Virus record (IMG/VR): IMGVR_UViG_3300023095_000004
Span: 1-42,138 of that record
Strand: one strand, 5' to 3'
Length of the DNA stretch: 42,138 nucleotides
DNA from: a virus
Taxonomy: Duplodnaviria; Caudoviricetes
The notes below the pieces were generated by a model that worked only from the letters and a program-made list of their open reading frames with translations, was not told the origin of the DNA and searched no databases. This document shows positions 26,122 to 35,052 of this stretch, in pieces. Made by a program: the position numbers and the translations under genes. Within the stretch, counting starts at the first letter, position 1. The number at the start of each line of letters is the position of its first letter.

Positions 26122-26748
26122 ATGGAGAATTACGCGAATAACAGTCTTAAAGCTCGGTCAGCAGACGCCGAGCCGAAGGCTGAGAAGAAAGTCGAACAGG
26201 TCTACACCGGCGCCGTCGTCCGTCGCAAGAAACCGTTGAGCAAACGCTTCGCCGAGATCTTCGTGGCGGGCGACGGCCAGAGCGTCATCGGCTATATCTT
26301 CAAGGATGTGCTTGTGCCGTCCATTCAGGAGATGGTCACCACTGCGGCTACTCAAGGCATCGAGCGGATGATATTCGGCGAGTCTCGTACCCGTACACCA
26401 TCTCGCTCGTTCGGGCGCGCCGGCCACGTCAGCTACAACGGATATTCGTCGCCTACTCGGGCTAATGCTCCGGTTCGGCAAATGTCCCATCGTGCTCGGT
26501 CGATTCACGACTTTGACGAGATCGTGCTGGAGACCCGTGTCGAGGCAACCGATGTCTTGGACAGTCTCTTCGAGATTCTGTCGAAGTACCAGCTCGTCAC
26601 TGTCGCAGACATGTACAACGTTGTCGGTATCAGCCCGAGCCCGCAGGACACCCAGTTCGGTTGGGTGGATCTCCGTGGCTCTAAGGTCGAGCATGTCCGG
26701 GAAGGATATTTGCTCAGCCTTCCCGCACCGGAGCCTGTTGATCGATGA
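26122..26748 (+). CDS. Conserved hypothetical protein
   Basis: ATG 26122; C-terminal VTVADMY..VG...FGW.DL pattern. Confidence 0.75.
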   Translation: MENYANNSLKARSADAEPKAEKKVEQVYTGAVVRRKKPLSKRFAEIFVAGDGQSVIGYIFKDVLVPSIQEMVTTAATQGIERMIFGESRTRTPSRSFGRAGHVSYNGYSSPTRANAPVRQMSHRARSIHDFDEIVLETRVEATDVLDSLFEILSKYQLVTVADMYNVVGISPSPQDTQFGWVDLRGSKVEHVREGYLLSLPAPEPVDR

Positions 26749-26879
26749 ACACCAACCAAATGCGTCATGAGATCCTCAAACGCTACCCGAGCAGTGATTC
26801 TTTTCGGCGCAAAGTCGACAAGATGTCTGACGCCCAGATCTACGCTTTCTACAACCGTCTTATCAAAAAGGAGCAGTAA
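26745..26879 (+). CDS. 44-aa hypothetical protein (not in the ORF track)
   Basis: MNTNQMRHEILKRYPSSDSFRRKVDKMSDAQIYAFYNRLIKKEQ fills the gap exactly, with ATGA overlap upstream and the next ATG 1 nt after its stop. Confidence 0.7.
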   Translation: MNTNQMRHEILKRYPSSDSFRRKVDKMSDAQIYAFYNRLIKKEQ

Positions 26880-26880
26880 C

Positions 26881-27765
26881 ATGAGTTTCATTCCGGCCGG
26901 GGTTGCTGCCAAAGCATCCCGCTCTTTGTTGCACCTGCAGAAGGCCTCGCCCCAGGTGTTGTTCGTCGGCGGTGTCGTCGGCGTTGTCGGTTCTGTTGTG
27001 CTGGCCTGCCGCGCAACCCTCAAGCTCGAAGAGCTTCTCGATGAGGCAGCGCAGACCCGCGAAGTTATTCAGAACACCAAGCCCGACGAGAAGTTCTCGG
27101 AGTCCGACATCAAGAAAGCCGTGGTCCTGCACAAGGCGAAGACCGCCGGCCGGATCACCAAGCTCTACGCTCCCGCTATTGTCGTCGGCGCCATCTCGAT
27201 CGGTGCGTTGACCGGCTCCCACGTCATCCTGTCCAAGCGCAATGCCGGCCTGACCGCTGCGTACAAGACCATCGACAAAGCCTTCGACGAATACCGCAAG
27301 CGCGTTGAGAAGGAACTCGGACCCGATAAGGCCCGGGAAATCCTTCGGAATGTCGAAGGCTGCGAAATCGAGACCGAAGACGGCAAGAAGGAAACCGTCA
27401 ACCTCGCCAAGCCGGGCATTTCCAAGTACGCCCGGTTCTATGACGAACACGCCTCGAGCTGGAGCCGGCACGCGGACACCAACCTGATGTTTCTCAAGGC
27501 CCAGCAGAATTGGGCTAACAATCGACTTCAGGCACGAGGACACCTGTTCTTGAACGAGGTTTGGGACATGCTCGGTCTCGATCACACCTCTGCTGGCGCT
27601 GTTGTGGGCTGGATTTACGATCACGAAGATGGCGACGGTTTCATCGACTTCGGCATCTTCAACCCGGACAGCTACGAGGCTCTGCAGTTCCTGAACGGCG
27701 AGAACAACTCGGTTCTCATTGAGCCGAACGTCCAGGGCGTCATCTACGACCTTATCGAGAGATGA
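26881..27765 (+). CDS. DUF6353-like protein
   Basis: AAGGAG RBS before ATG 26881; SPQVLFVGGVVG, KLYAPA, AFDEYRKRV and GHLFLNEVWDMLG. Confidence 0.7.
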   Translation: MSFIPAGVAAKASRSLLHLQKASPQVLFVGGVVGVVGSVVLACRATLKLEELLDEAAQTREVIQNTKPDEKFSESDIKKAVVLHKAKTAGRITKLYAPAIVVGAISIGALTGSHVILSKRNAGLTAAYKTIDKAFDEYRKRVEKELGPDKAREILRNVEGCEIETEDGKKETVNLAKPGISKYARFYDEHASSWSRHADTNLMFLKAQQNWANNRLQARGHLFLNEVWDMLGLDHTSAGAVVGWIYDHEDGDGFIDFGIFNPDSYEALQFLNGENNSVLIEPNVQGVIYDLIER

Positions 27766-28385
27766 GCGCGCGGGCTATATTGCTTTCGCCTGCGGTCGTT
27801 GGGGCGGTGTCGTTTGTTCTCGGCGCCGCTGCAACATTCAAGATCGCCCAGCGAAAGTATGCAGATCTCGCTGATTCTGAGATCCGGGAGGCTAAGGCCT
27901 ACTACCAGAAACTCGAGAAGGAATCCGAAGAACGTCTCGAGGAGTCGGTCAAGGAACGCGCTGCAGTCATCATCGACACTCTGGGATATGCCGGAGAGCC
28001 GGCGAAGGTGCCAACTCTTGACCAGATGGACGAAAGTCAGCGGTTCTTGTTTCTAGACACCACTTGGGATTTCGCCGCTGAGGTAGCAAAGCGAAGCGAC
28101 GACAAACCCTTCATCATCCATCGAGATGAATTCTTCGGCGATGAAATCGACTACGTGAATGCCTCGTTGGTATATTATGCCGCCGATGGTGTTCTAGCCG
28201 ATGACAAAGACCAAGTCATTGACGACATCGTTGAATACATCGGATCCCACGACAACCTTCGATTCGGATATGGGTCCCAAGACGACAACATCGTCTATAT
28301 CCGGAACCACACGCTTTCGCTAGACATGGAGATCTTGCTCAACACGGGCAAGTACTCGGTGGTGGTTCAGGGTTTTGAGGAATGA
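27762..28385 (+). CDS. Hypothetical protein with N-terminal TM helix
   Basis: ATGA coupling at both ends. Confidence 0.75.
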   Translation: MSARAILLSPAVVGAVSFVLGAAATFKIAQRKYADLADSEIREAKAYYQKLEKESEERLEESVKERAAVIIDTLGYAGEPAKVPTLDQMDESQRFLFLDTTWDFAAEVAKRSDDKPFIIHRDEFFGDEIDYVNASLVYYAADGVLADDKDQVIDDIVEYIGSHDNLRFGYGSQDDNIVYIRNHTLSLDMEILLNTGKYSVVVQGFEE

Positions 28386-28912
28386 ACCGGGGTGACTCCC
28401 ACCTTGAGGAGTCATACTTCCTCTGGCTATATAACCAATCTGGGTTCATAGATTCGCGTAGTTCGGATCGAACCCATTGGCAATTGGCCAAGTTTCTTCA
28501 CCAAAAAGAGTTCGTCTGGTTAATCCCAAACGATGATAACCGAGTTGAAGATGGTCGAGAGCTTCGCTTTGAGTTTGCGCAAGGAAAATCCCTGCCCGAA
28601 GCTTGGCTTTATTTGGGTTGCTCGATGTTCGAGATGCTTATTGCTTTGGCTCGGCGCCTAGCATTTGAAGCGGGTAGGATGCCGGAGTACTGGTTTGAGT
28701 TCCTCTTGAATAATTTGGATCTCTATAAGTACGACGACAGACACTTCCGCGGTGCCGAGCACATCATCGATAGAAGACTCGAAGCGGTGATATTCCGTAC
28801 CTACAAACGCAACGGCGAAGGTAGCCTGTTCCCCCCAGTTGAAAACGGAGAAGACCAGCGTCAGGTTGAGATCTGGTACCAGATGAGCACTTTCTTGATG
28901 AACCGACATTAG
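28382..28912 (+). CDS. Conserved hypothetical protein
   Basis: NDDNRVEDG.ELR, CSMFEMLIALARR and VEIWYQM; coupled ORF. Confidence 0.75.
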   Translation: MNRGDSHLEESYFLWLYNQSGFIDSRSSDRTHWQLAKFLHQKEFVWLIPNDDNRVEDGRELRFEFAQGKSLPEAWLYLGCSMFEMLIALARRLAFEAGRMPEYWFEFLLNNLDLYKYDDRHFRGAEHIIDRRLEAVIFRTYKRNGEGSLFPPVENGEDQRQVEIWYQMSTFLMNRH

Positions 28913-28924
28913 TTAGGAGGCTAG

Positions 28925-31900
28925 ATGGATTTTTACAAGATCTCCACCCGGGAGACGAAAAGCGGGCAGGAGATCTATCCGGACTTCCTAGTCGGTAGAT
29001 CCAAGGACCTCATGGTTCGAGGACATGAAGTATACGCCATCTGGGACGAAGCCGCAGGCCTCTGGTCTACGGACGAATATGATGTGCAGCGGCTGGTGGA
29101 TGATGATCTGATGGCCTTTGCCGCGAAGGTAGCTGACTCTGGGATCAACCCTCAGGTGAAGCTCATGCATTCATCCACCAGCGGCAGCTGGGCTAAGTTC
29201 AAAGCCCATCTCAAGAATCTGAGTGACTCTAGTCACCAGCTTGACGAGAGCCTCATATTTGCAAACACTGAAGTAAAGAAATCCGATTACGCAAGTAAAC
29301 GGTTACCATATCCGCTCGAGGCTGGCGACATCAGCGCTTGGGACGAGATTATTGGTACGCTGTACTCTGTCGAGGAACGAGCAAAAATTGAGTGGGCTAT
29401 TGGCGCCGTAGTTGCTGGAGACTCTAAGCGAATCCAGAAATTCGTAGTCCTCTACGGCGCCCCGGGAACAGGTAAGGGAACGATCATCGAGATCATCCTG
29501 AAGCTGTTCCAAGGCTACACGACCACTTTCGAAGCCAGAGCACTTGGTAGTAACAACAACAGCTTCGCTGCAGATTCATTCCGTGGCAATCCTCTTGTTG
29601 CTGTCGAGCATGACGGTGATCTCTCGCGCATTGAGGACAACACCAAGCTCAACTCGATTGTTTCGCACGAAGACATGTCTGTGAACGAGAAGTTCAAACC
29701 CTCCTACACGTCACGGGTCAATGCGTTCATATTCATGGGAACTAACAAGCCCGTAAAGATTTCGGACGCTAAGTCCGGTATCATCAGACGATTGCTAGAC
29801 GTGCATCCCACCGGGGTTCTGATTCCGCCGAACCACTACAACACGCTGATGTCGCGGATTGACTTCGAGCTTGGCGCGGTGGCCCAGCATTGTCTTGACG
29901 TTTATCGTCGTATGGGCAAGAACTACTACAACACGTATCGCCCGACCGAGATGATGCTGCAGACTGACGTGTTCTACAACTTCATCGAGGCTACGTACGA
30001 CATCTTCAAGCATCAAGACGGCGCCACACTGGCGCAGGCATATACTCTGTACAAGGAGTTCTGTGCCGATTCGGGAATTGACAAGCCAAAAGCTCGTCAT
30101 CATTTCCGAGAAGAACTTCGGAATTACTTCGACGAATTCCACGATCGGTATGAAGTCGACGGACATTGGGTGCGGAGCTACTACAATAAGTTCAGCGCAT
30201 CTCAGTTCAAAACACAAGCTATGAACGAGATTACTTTCTCGCTTGTCATGGAGGAAACAACCTCGTTGCTGGACGAAGTTCTTGCAGACATGCCTGCACA
30301 ACTGGCTAAAGAAGATGGTACCCCTGCTAAAACTTGGTCCAGAGTGAAAACTAAATTGTCGGATATCGACACGACCGAGGTGCACTATGTCAAAGTTCCA
30401 GAAACCCACATCGTCATCGACTTTGATCTCAAGGCAGATGATGGCGAGAAATCTCTTGAACGAAATCTTGCTGCAGCTAGCGCATGGCCAGCCACTTACG
30501 GGGAGCTTTCTAAAAGCGGCGGAGGCGTGCATCTCCATTATGATTACACCGGTGGAGACCCAAGAGAACTCAATCCGTATTACTCTGGGGGTATTGAAGT
30601 CAAAGTATACCACGGAGGTTCTTCTTTACGTCGTAGATTATCTCGATGTAACGCAGTGCCAATTGCAACAATAAATAGCGGTCTTCCGCATAAGGAGAAA
30701 AAAGTGTTGCAGACCACAGAGGTACAGAGCGAAAAGGGTCTCCGTGACCTGATCGCTCGGAATCTTCGAAAGGAGATCCATCCGGGCACGAAACCATCCG
30801 TCGACTTCATTGCGAAGATCCTCGATGATGCGTACAAGTCTGGAATGCCGTACGACGTCACGGACATGAAAGCGAAGATTCTCGCGTTCGCCAACAACAG
30901 TAGTAATCAAGCGTTGGCTTCGTTGAAGATCGTGCAGAAGATGAAGTTCGCTTCTGAGGTTTCGACGGCTGAAGTATCGACGCCGGCTCAGCCTTCGGGG
31001 CAGATGCGAATCAAAGACGACCGTCTGGTCTTCTACGATGTCGAGGTATACCCGAACCTCTTCGTGATCTGCTGGAAATTCGACGGCGCCGCGGAAACCG
31101 TTCGGATGATCAACCCGAAGCCTCATGAGGTAGAGGCGCTGTTTGGTCTCAAACTCGTCGGCTTCAACAATCGCCGATATGACAACCATATCTTGTACGG
31201 CCGATACATGGGCTACGACAACCAAGAGTTGTACGAGCTCAGCCAGAAGATCATCAACGGCAATCACACCGCGATGTTCGGCGAGGCATACAATCTCTCC
31301 TATGCGGATATCTACGACTTCAGCTCGAAGAAGCAGGGGTTGAAGAAGTTCCAGATCGACTTGGGACTCAAGCATCAGGAGATGGATCTTCCGTGGGACC
31401 AACCGGTTCCGGCAGAACGAATCAATGACGTGGTCGAGTACTGTGTCAACGATGTCGAGAGCACCGAGGAAGTCTTCGAGTCTAGGTTTCAGGACTTTGT
31501 CGCCCGTCGCATTCTCTCGGACATCAGTGGTCTTCCGATCAATGCCACGACTCAAGCGCACACCGCCAAGATTGTCTTCGGCGAGGACGCAAGGAATCCG
31601 CATCGGCATTTCGAATACACCGACTTGTCGAAAGAGTTCCCGGGGTATGAGTTCAAGTTGGGTGTCAGCACCTACGAGGGCGAAGTCACCGGCGAAGGCG
31701 GCTACGTCTATGCCGAACCCGGCATGTATTCGAACGTGGCGGTCTTGGACATCGCTTCCATGCACCCCACGACCATCGAGATCCTCAACGTCTTTGGGCC
31801 GTACACCAAGAACTACGCGGATCTCAAGGCAGCTCGTATCGCCATCAAGCGCGGGGAGTACGACTCCGCACGCAGCATGCTTGGTGGGAAGCTGGCGCCG

Positions 31901-32680
31901 TACCTGAAGGATCCGGAGAAGGCCAAGGAGCTTTCGTACGCACTGAAGATCGTGATCAACATCGTCTACGGTCTCACCAGTGCCAAGTTCTCCAACCCGT
32001 TCCGAGACACGCGCAACATCGACAACATCGTTGCGAAGCGCGGCTCCCTCTTCATGATTGATCTGAAGAAGGCTGTACAAGCGAAGGGATTCACTGTTGC
32101 GCATATCAAGACCGACTCCATTAAGATCCCTGATGCCACGCCGGAGATCATCGAGTTCGTACACGAGTTCGGCAAGAAGTACGGGTACGAGTTCGAGCAT
32201 GAGTCGACTTACGAGAAGTTCTGTCTCGTCAACGACGCGGTCTACATTGCGCGTGACAAGGGCACCTGGACGGCGACTGGAGCGCAATTCGCTCATCCAT
32301 ATGTCTTCAAGGAGTTGTTCTCACACGAAGATCTCGGTGTGGAGGATTTCTTCGAGACCAAGAGTGTGGTACAAGGTGTCATGTACTTGGACTTTACCGG
32401 GGTATCTCCCGGTGCCGAGCTCGACACTGAGTCCCTCATCCACGTGGGTCGAACGGGTCAATTCGTGCCTGTCCTTACTAAGGGCGGGCGTCTTTGGCGA
32501 ATCAAAGACGGAAAGCACTACGCCGTCACCGGTACCAAAGACCATCTCTGGATGGAATCCTCTATGTTCCGGTCTCTTGGACGAGATGTCGAAATCGACA
32601 TGAGCTACTTCGACAATCTGAAAACCGCCGCATACGAAACGATCGATTTCTTCGGATCGTATGCTGACTTCATCAAGTAA
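28925..32680 (+). CDS. SF3 helicase - primase - 3'-5' exonuclease - family B DNA polymerase fusion
   Basis: Walker A GAPGTGKG and FMGTN; primase VIDFD and SKSGGGVHLHY; Exo FYDVE, GFNNRRYD and YCVND; PolB LDIASMHP, KIVINIVYG and KTDS. Confidence 0.9.
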   Translation: MDFYKISTRETKSGQEIYPDFLVGRSKDLMVRGHEVYAIWDEAAGLWSTDEYDVQRLVDDDLMAFAAKVADSGINPQVKLMHSSTSGSWAKFKAHLKNLSDSSHQLDESLIFANTEVKKSDYASKRLPYPLEAGDISAWDEIIGTLYSVEERAKIEWAIGAVVAGDSKRIQKFVVLYGAPGTGKGTIIEIILKLFQGYTTTFEARALGSNNNSFAADSFRGNPLVAVEHDGDLSRIEDNTKLNSIVSHEDMSVNEKFKPSYTSRVNAFIFMGTNKPVKISDAKSGIIRRLLDVHPTGVLIPPNHYNTLMSRIDFELGAVAQHCLDVYRRMGKNYYNTYRPTEMMLQTDVFYNFIEATYDIFKHQDGATLAQAYTLYKEFCADSGIDKPKARHHFREELRNYFDEFHDRYEVDGHWVRSYYNKFSASQFKTQAMNEITFSLVMEETTSLLDEVLADMPAQLAKEDGTPAKTWSRVKTKLSDIDTTEVHYVKVPETHIVIDFDLKADDGEKSLERNLAAASAWPATYGELSKSGGGVHLHYDYTGGDPRELNPYYSGGIEVKVYHGGSSLRRRLSRCNAVPIATINSGLPHKEKKVLQTTEVQSEKGLRDLIARNLRKEIHPGTKPSVDFIAKILDDAYKSGMPYDVTDMKAKILAFANNSSNQALASLKIVQKMKFASEVSTAEVSTPAQPSGQMRIKDDRLVFYDVEVYPNLFVICWKFDGAAETVRMINPKPHEVEALFGLKLVGFNNRRYDNHILYGRYMGYDNQELYELSQKIINGNHTAMFGEAYNLSYADIYDFSSKKQGLKKFQIDLGLKHQEMDLPWDQPVPAERINDVVEYCVNDVESTEEVFESRFQDFVARRILSDISGLPINATTQAHTAKIVFGEDARNPHRHFEYTDLSKEFPGYEFKLGVSTYEGEVTGEGGYVYAEPGMYSNVAVLDIASMHPTTIEILNVFGPYTKNYADLKAARIAIKRGEYDSARSMLGGKLAPYLKDPEKAKELSYALKIVINIVYGLTSAKFSNPFRDTRNIDNIVAKRGSLFMIDLKKAVQAKGFTVAHIKTDSIKIPDATPEIIEFVHEFGKKYGYEFEHESTYEKFCLVNDAVYIARDKGTWTATGAQFAHPYVFKELFSHEDLGVEDFFETKSVVQGVMYLDFTGVSPGAELDTESLIHVGRTGQFVPVLTKGGRLWRIKDGKHYAVTGTKDHLWMESSMFRSLGRDVEIDMSYFDNLKTAAYETIDFFGSYADFIK

Positions 32681-32688
32681 GGAGCAAG

Positions 32689-32955
32689 ATGCCCCACCGT
32701 GATCAGGCAGTGCCCTTGGTGTTCTACACCGAGAAGAACGAACGCAGAGTGGTCGGCGTGGCCAAGATGGCTATCGACGGCGCCGAGACTCGCATCGATG
32801 CGGTCATCACCGATGCAGCATTCGCCAAACGGATCAGTCCTGGTCTCGATGAGATCTCCATCGGTCGGATGACGCAGGACCCGCCGGTCTACGACGACCG
32901 AGAAGGTCTGGACGGCGAGGGTAACTGGGTTCACCCGGAACAAGCCCATGATTAG
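32689..32955 (+). CDS. Hypothetical protein
   Basis: AAGGAG RBS. Confidence 0.7.
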   Translation: MPHRDQAVPLVFYTEKNERRVVGVAKMAIDGAETRIDAVITDAAFAKRISPGLDEISIGRMTQDPPVYDDREGLDGEGNWVHPEQAHD

Positions 32956-33047
32956 GCGGCTCCTTGCCGTCTTCGGCAGCATCGAGCAATACCCCGGAGC
33001 AGTCAGCCGGGCCATGCGCAACTACGCGCGATAGGGAAAGGAAGTCC

Positions 33048-33362
33048 ATGTCACTCATTCAGTTACCCGACAACGTCGGACCCGTGGAATTCAATACCGC
33101 GGTCATCGAGTTGTCGGCGGCGTTCGAAAACGCGGCGGTCGTCGTTCGGAATCTGTTTTCCGAAAACCCCGAAGTCATGCAGGACCGGCTGAACGATTTC
33201 AAGCACTCGGCCATGTGGGCCAACCAGGGTATTGCCTTGATGGCTTCTGCATGGCCTGTGCCGGTCGAGATCTTGGCCGAGCCGGTTGATGACGCAGTCG
33301 CCCACAACGAACCCGATGTCGAGCCCGGCGTCGAGGTACCTGCAGGAGAGGAAGTCCGATGA
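33048..33362 (+). CDS. Divergent Acb2/Tad1-hairpin-like protein
   Basis: AAGGAAG RBS before ATG 33048; SAAFENAA...HSAMWANQGIA resembles the next gene. Confidence 0.45.
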   Translation: MSLIQLPDNVGPVEFNTAVIELSAAFENAAVVVRNLFSENPEVMQDRLNDFKHSAMWANQGIALMASAWPVPVEILAEPVDDAVAHNEPDVEPGVEVPAGEEVR

Positions 33363-33958
33363 CTAACGCGCTCAGTCGACAGGAAATCGCCAACCGATTC
33401 GGTTTCCACAAGGCCACCATCGAGGGCGCCGAAGCAACTATGCCGGTGCACGCGGATCTGCGGAAGTCTTTCGAGAACTTCGCAAATTACCTCAACGAGC
33501 AGCTGGCTCCCAGTCGGGAAGCTTCGCTCGCCCTCACCCACCTCGAGGATGCTGCAATGTGGGCGCACAAGGCGGTGGCTCGTACGGCGCCGCTGGAGGC
33601 CAACCCGGAGGTTCCGCACGTCGAGAAGCTTGTCGCTCAAGAGTCACATGATGGGCAGCACTCTGTCCCGGATACTCTTTCGAACAAGTATCCCAACTGC
33701 ACGGCCTGCAAGGTTTTGCGGGACATGTTGTTGCCGGAAACCGCCACCACCCCGGCGGAGTTCGCTAACGATCTGGGTCCCAAGGAGTCGCCGGTGGTGT
33801 TCGAACGCGAGAGCGAACAAGAATCCTACGATCAGGAATCGGTTCACCGCGATTTCCACACGAACTACGGGAAGATGGATCCGACGTGTCCGTTCTGTCA
33901 TCGAACGGCTGCAGTAGAGGCTCCCGGTCCGTTACCGAAGACGGCCTCAAATGGCTAG
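33359..33958 (+). CDS. Acb2/Tad1 helical-hairpin domain protein with two C-terminal HxxxH..CxxC motifs
   Basis: SREASLALTHLEDAAMWAHKAVAR resembles the Tad1 SRE.A.ALTH.EEA.MW motif. Confidence 0.6.
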   Translation: MTNALSRQEIANRFGFHKATIEGAEATMPVHADLRKSFENFANYLNEQLAPSREASLALTHLEDAAMWAHKAVARTAPLEANPEVPHVEKLVAQESHDGQHSVPDTLSNKYPNCTACKVLRDMLLPETATTPAEFANDLGPKESPVVFERESEQESYDQESVHRDFHTNYGKMDPTCPFCHRTAAVEAPGPLPKTASNG

Positions 33959-34481
33959 GCCCAACGAGCAGGTCATCATCGAGGGCGCCCATCTGATCTT
34001 CCGGAACTTCACCGGCAACGAAGGCATGTACAACCGTGCAGGAGATCGGAACTTCTCGATCCTCCTGGATGACGACGTGGCCGACGACTTGTCGAGCAAG
34101 GGCTGGAACGTCAAGCGGCTCAAGGACCGCGAGCAGGACGAGGAAGGGGATCCGAAGAACTACATTCAGGTCTCCGTGTCCTACAAGGGGCGCCCGCCGA
34201 ACATCGTGATGATCACCTCGCGTGGTCGGACGAACCTCGATGAGGAAGCCTGCGGTCTGCTGGATTTCGTTGACATCGCCAACGTCGACGTAATCCTCAA
34301 CCCCTACCACTGGAACGTCAGTGGTAACTCCGGCATCAAGGCGTACGTGGCTTCTATCTACGTCACGGTCATCGAGGATTATCTGGCGCTCAAGTACGCA
34401 GATGTTCCGGTGATCGGCGCCCCGCCGCGTGAGTACGACGTCATCGACGCAGTACCGGACCGATTGGAGATCGAGGCATGA
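33951..34481 (+). CDS. Putative single-stranded DNA-binding protein
   Basis: IFRNFTG..YNRAGDRNF and LNPYHWNV.G.SGIKAY OB-like pattern; acidic tail; close to the polymerase gene. Confidence 0.65.
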   Translation: MARPNEQVIIEGAHLIFRNFTGNEGMYNRAGDRNFSILLDDDVADDLSSKGWNVKRLKDREQDEEGDPKNYIQVSVSYKGRPPNIVMITSRGRTNLDEEACGLLDFVDIANVDVILNPYHWNVSGNSGIKAYVASIYVTVIEDYLALKYADVPVIGAPPREYDVIDAVPDRLEIEA

Positions 34482-35011
34482 CCTACACATCTCACGGGTA
34501 TCATATTCCCGGCTCTCCCGCTGAAGAAGGCGAGGCGCCATCGAAAGCTCGATGCGGCGGGCCCGGCCTTTGCGCAGTTTGCATGCGCGAACGTAACCAA
34601 TTCGCTGAATCGCTGAAATCGAACGAGCCTTTTCCGTCGCACCAGAACGTCGATGGAAGCTCCAGCATCGGGGACGACATCAAGGTCCGCACAGGTTACG
34701 ACGGCCGTCACTCGGACCGAGCAATCGAGGCTGTCTGCAAATACCGTCAGCTGCTGGAGCGCCGTGACGATGCACCCAAGACGTTGTTCTCTGACGTCTA
34801 CGTAGTGTCCTTCACCTATACCCTCGGCAACTGGAAAGCGATGGTCAGCACGCGCTTTCCCGACAACAAGTATTACGAGGTGACGTACAACAAGGACAAG
34901 GGCGAGATATACTTGGACGAGTACGTTAAGACGGTCAATGTCGTCATTCCTGACGATCTCCGTCGAACCACCGACATCACTCTGGTGAGTCGAGTACATT
35001 CCATTCTCTAA
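34478..35011 (+). CDS. Cys-motif N-terminus fused to a DUF6275-like domain
   Basis: HG.HIPG...ARCGGPGLCAVC; VYVV...TLGNWKAMVST..YYEVTYNKDKGEIYLDEY. Confidence 0.6.
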   Translation: MTYTSHGYHIPGSPAEEGEAPSKARCGGPGLCAVCMRERNQFAESLKSNEPFPSHQNVDGSSSIGDDIKVRTGYDGRHSDRAIEAVCKYRQLLERRDDAPKTLFSDVYVVSFTYTLGNWKAMVSTRFPDNKYYEVTYNKDKGEIYLDEYVKTVNVVIPDDLRRTTDITLVSRVHSIL

Positions 35012-35052
35012 TCGCATTCTTAGATACGACAAACTCCAGAAAGAGAAAAAGA

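Noticed and set aside
30638-32296. Long minus-strand ORFs (also 9002..10303, 11240..12403, 16680..18014, 35020..36144)
   Set aside because: They are antisense shadows of strongly codon-biased + strand genes, with no recognisable motifs.
28925-32680. Intein or intron explaining the large polymerase
   Set aside because: The length is accounted for by helicase, primase, exonuclease and polymerase motifs. I saw no intein splice-junction or LAGLIDADG motifs.
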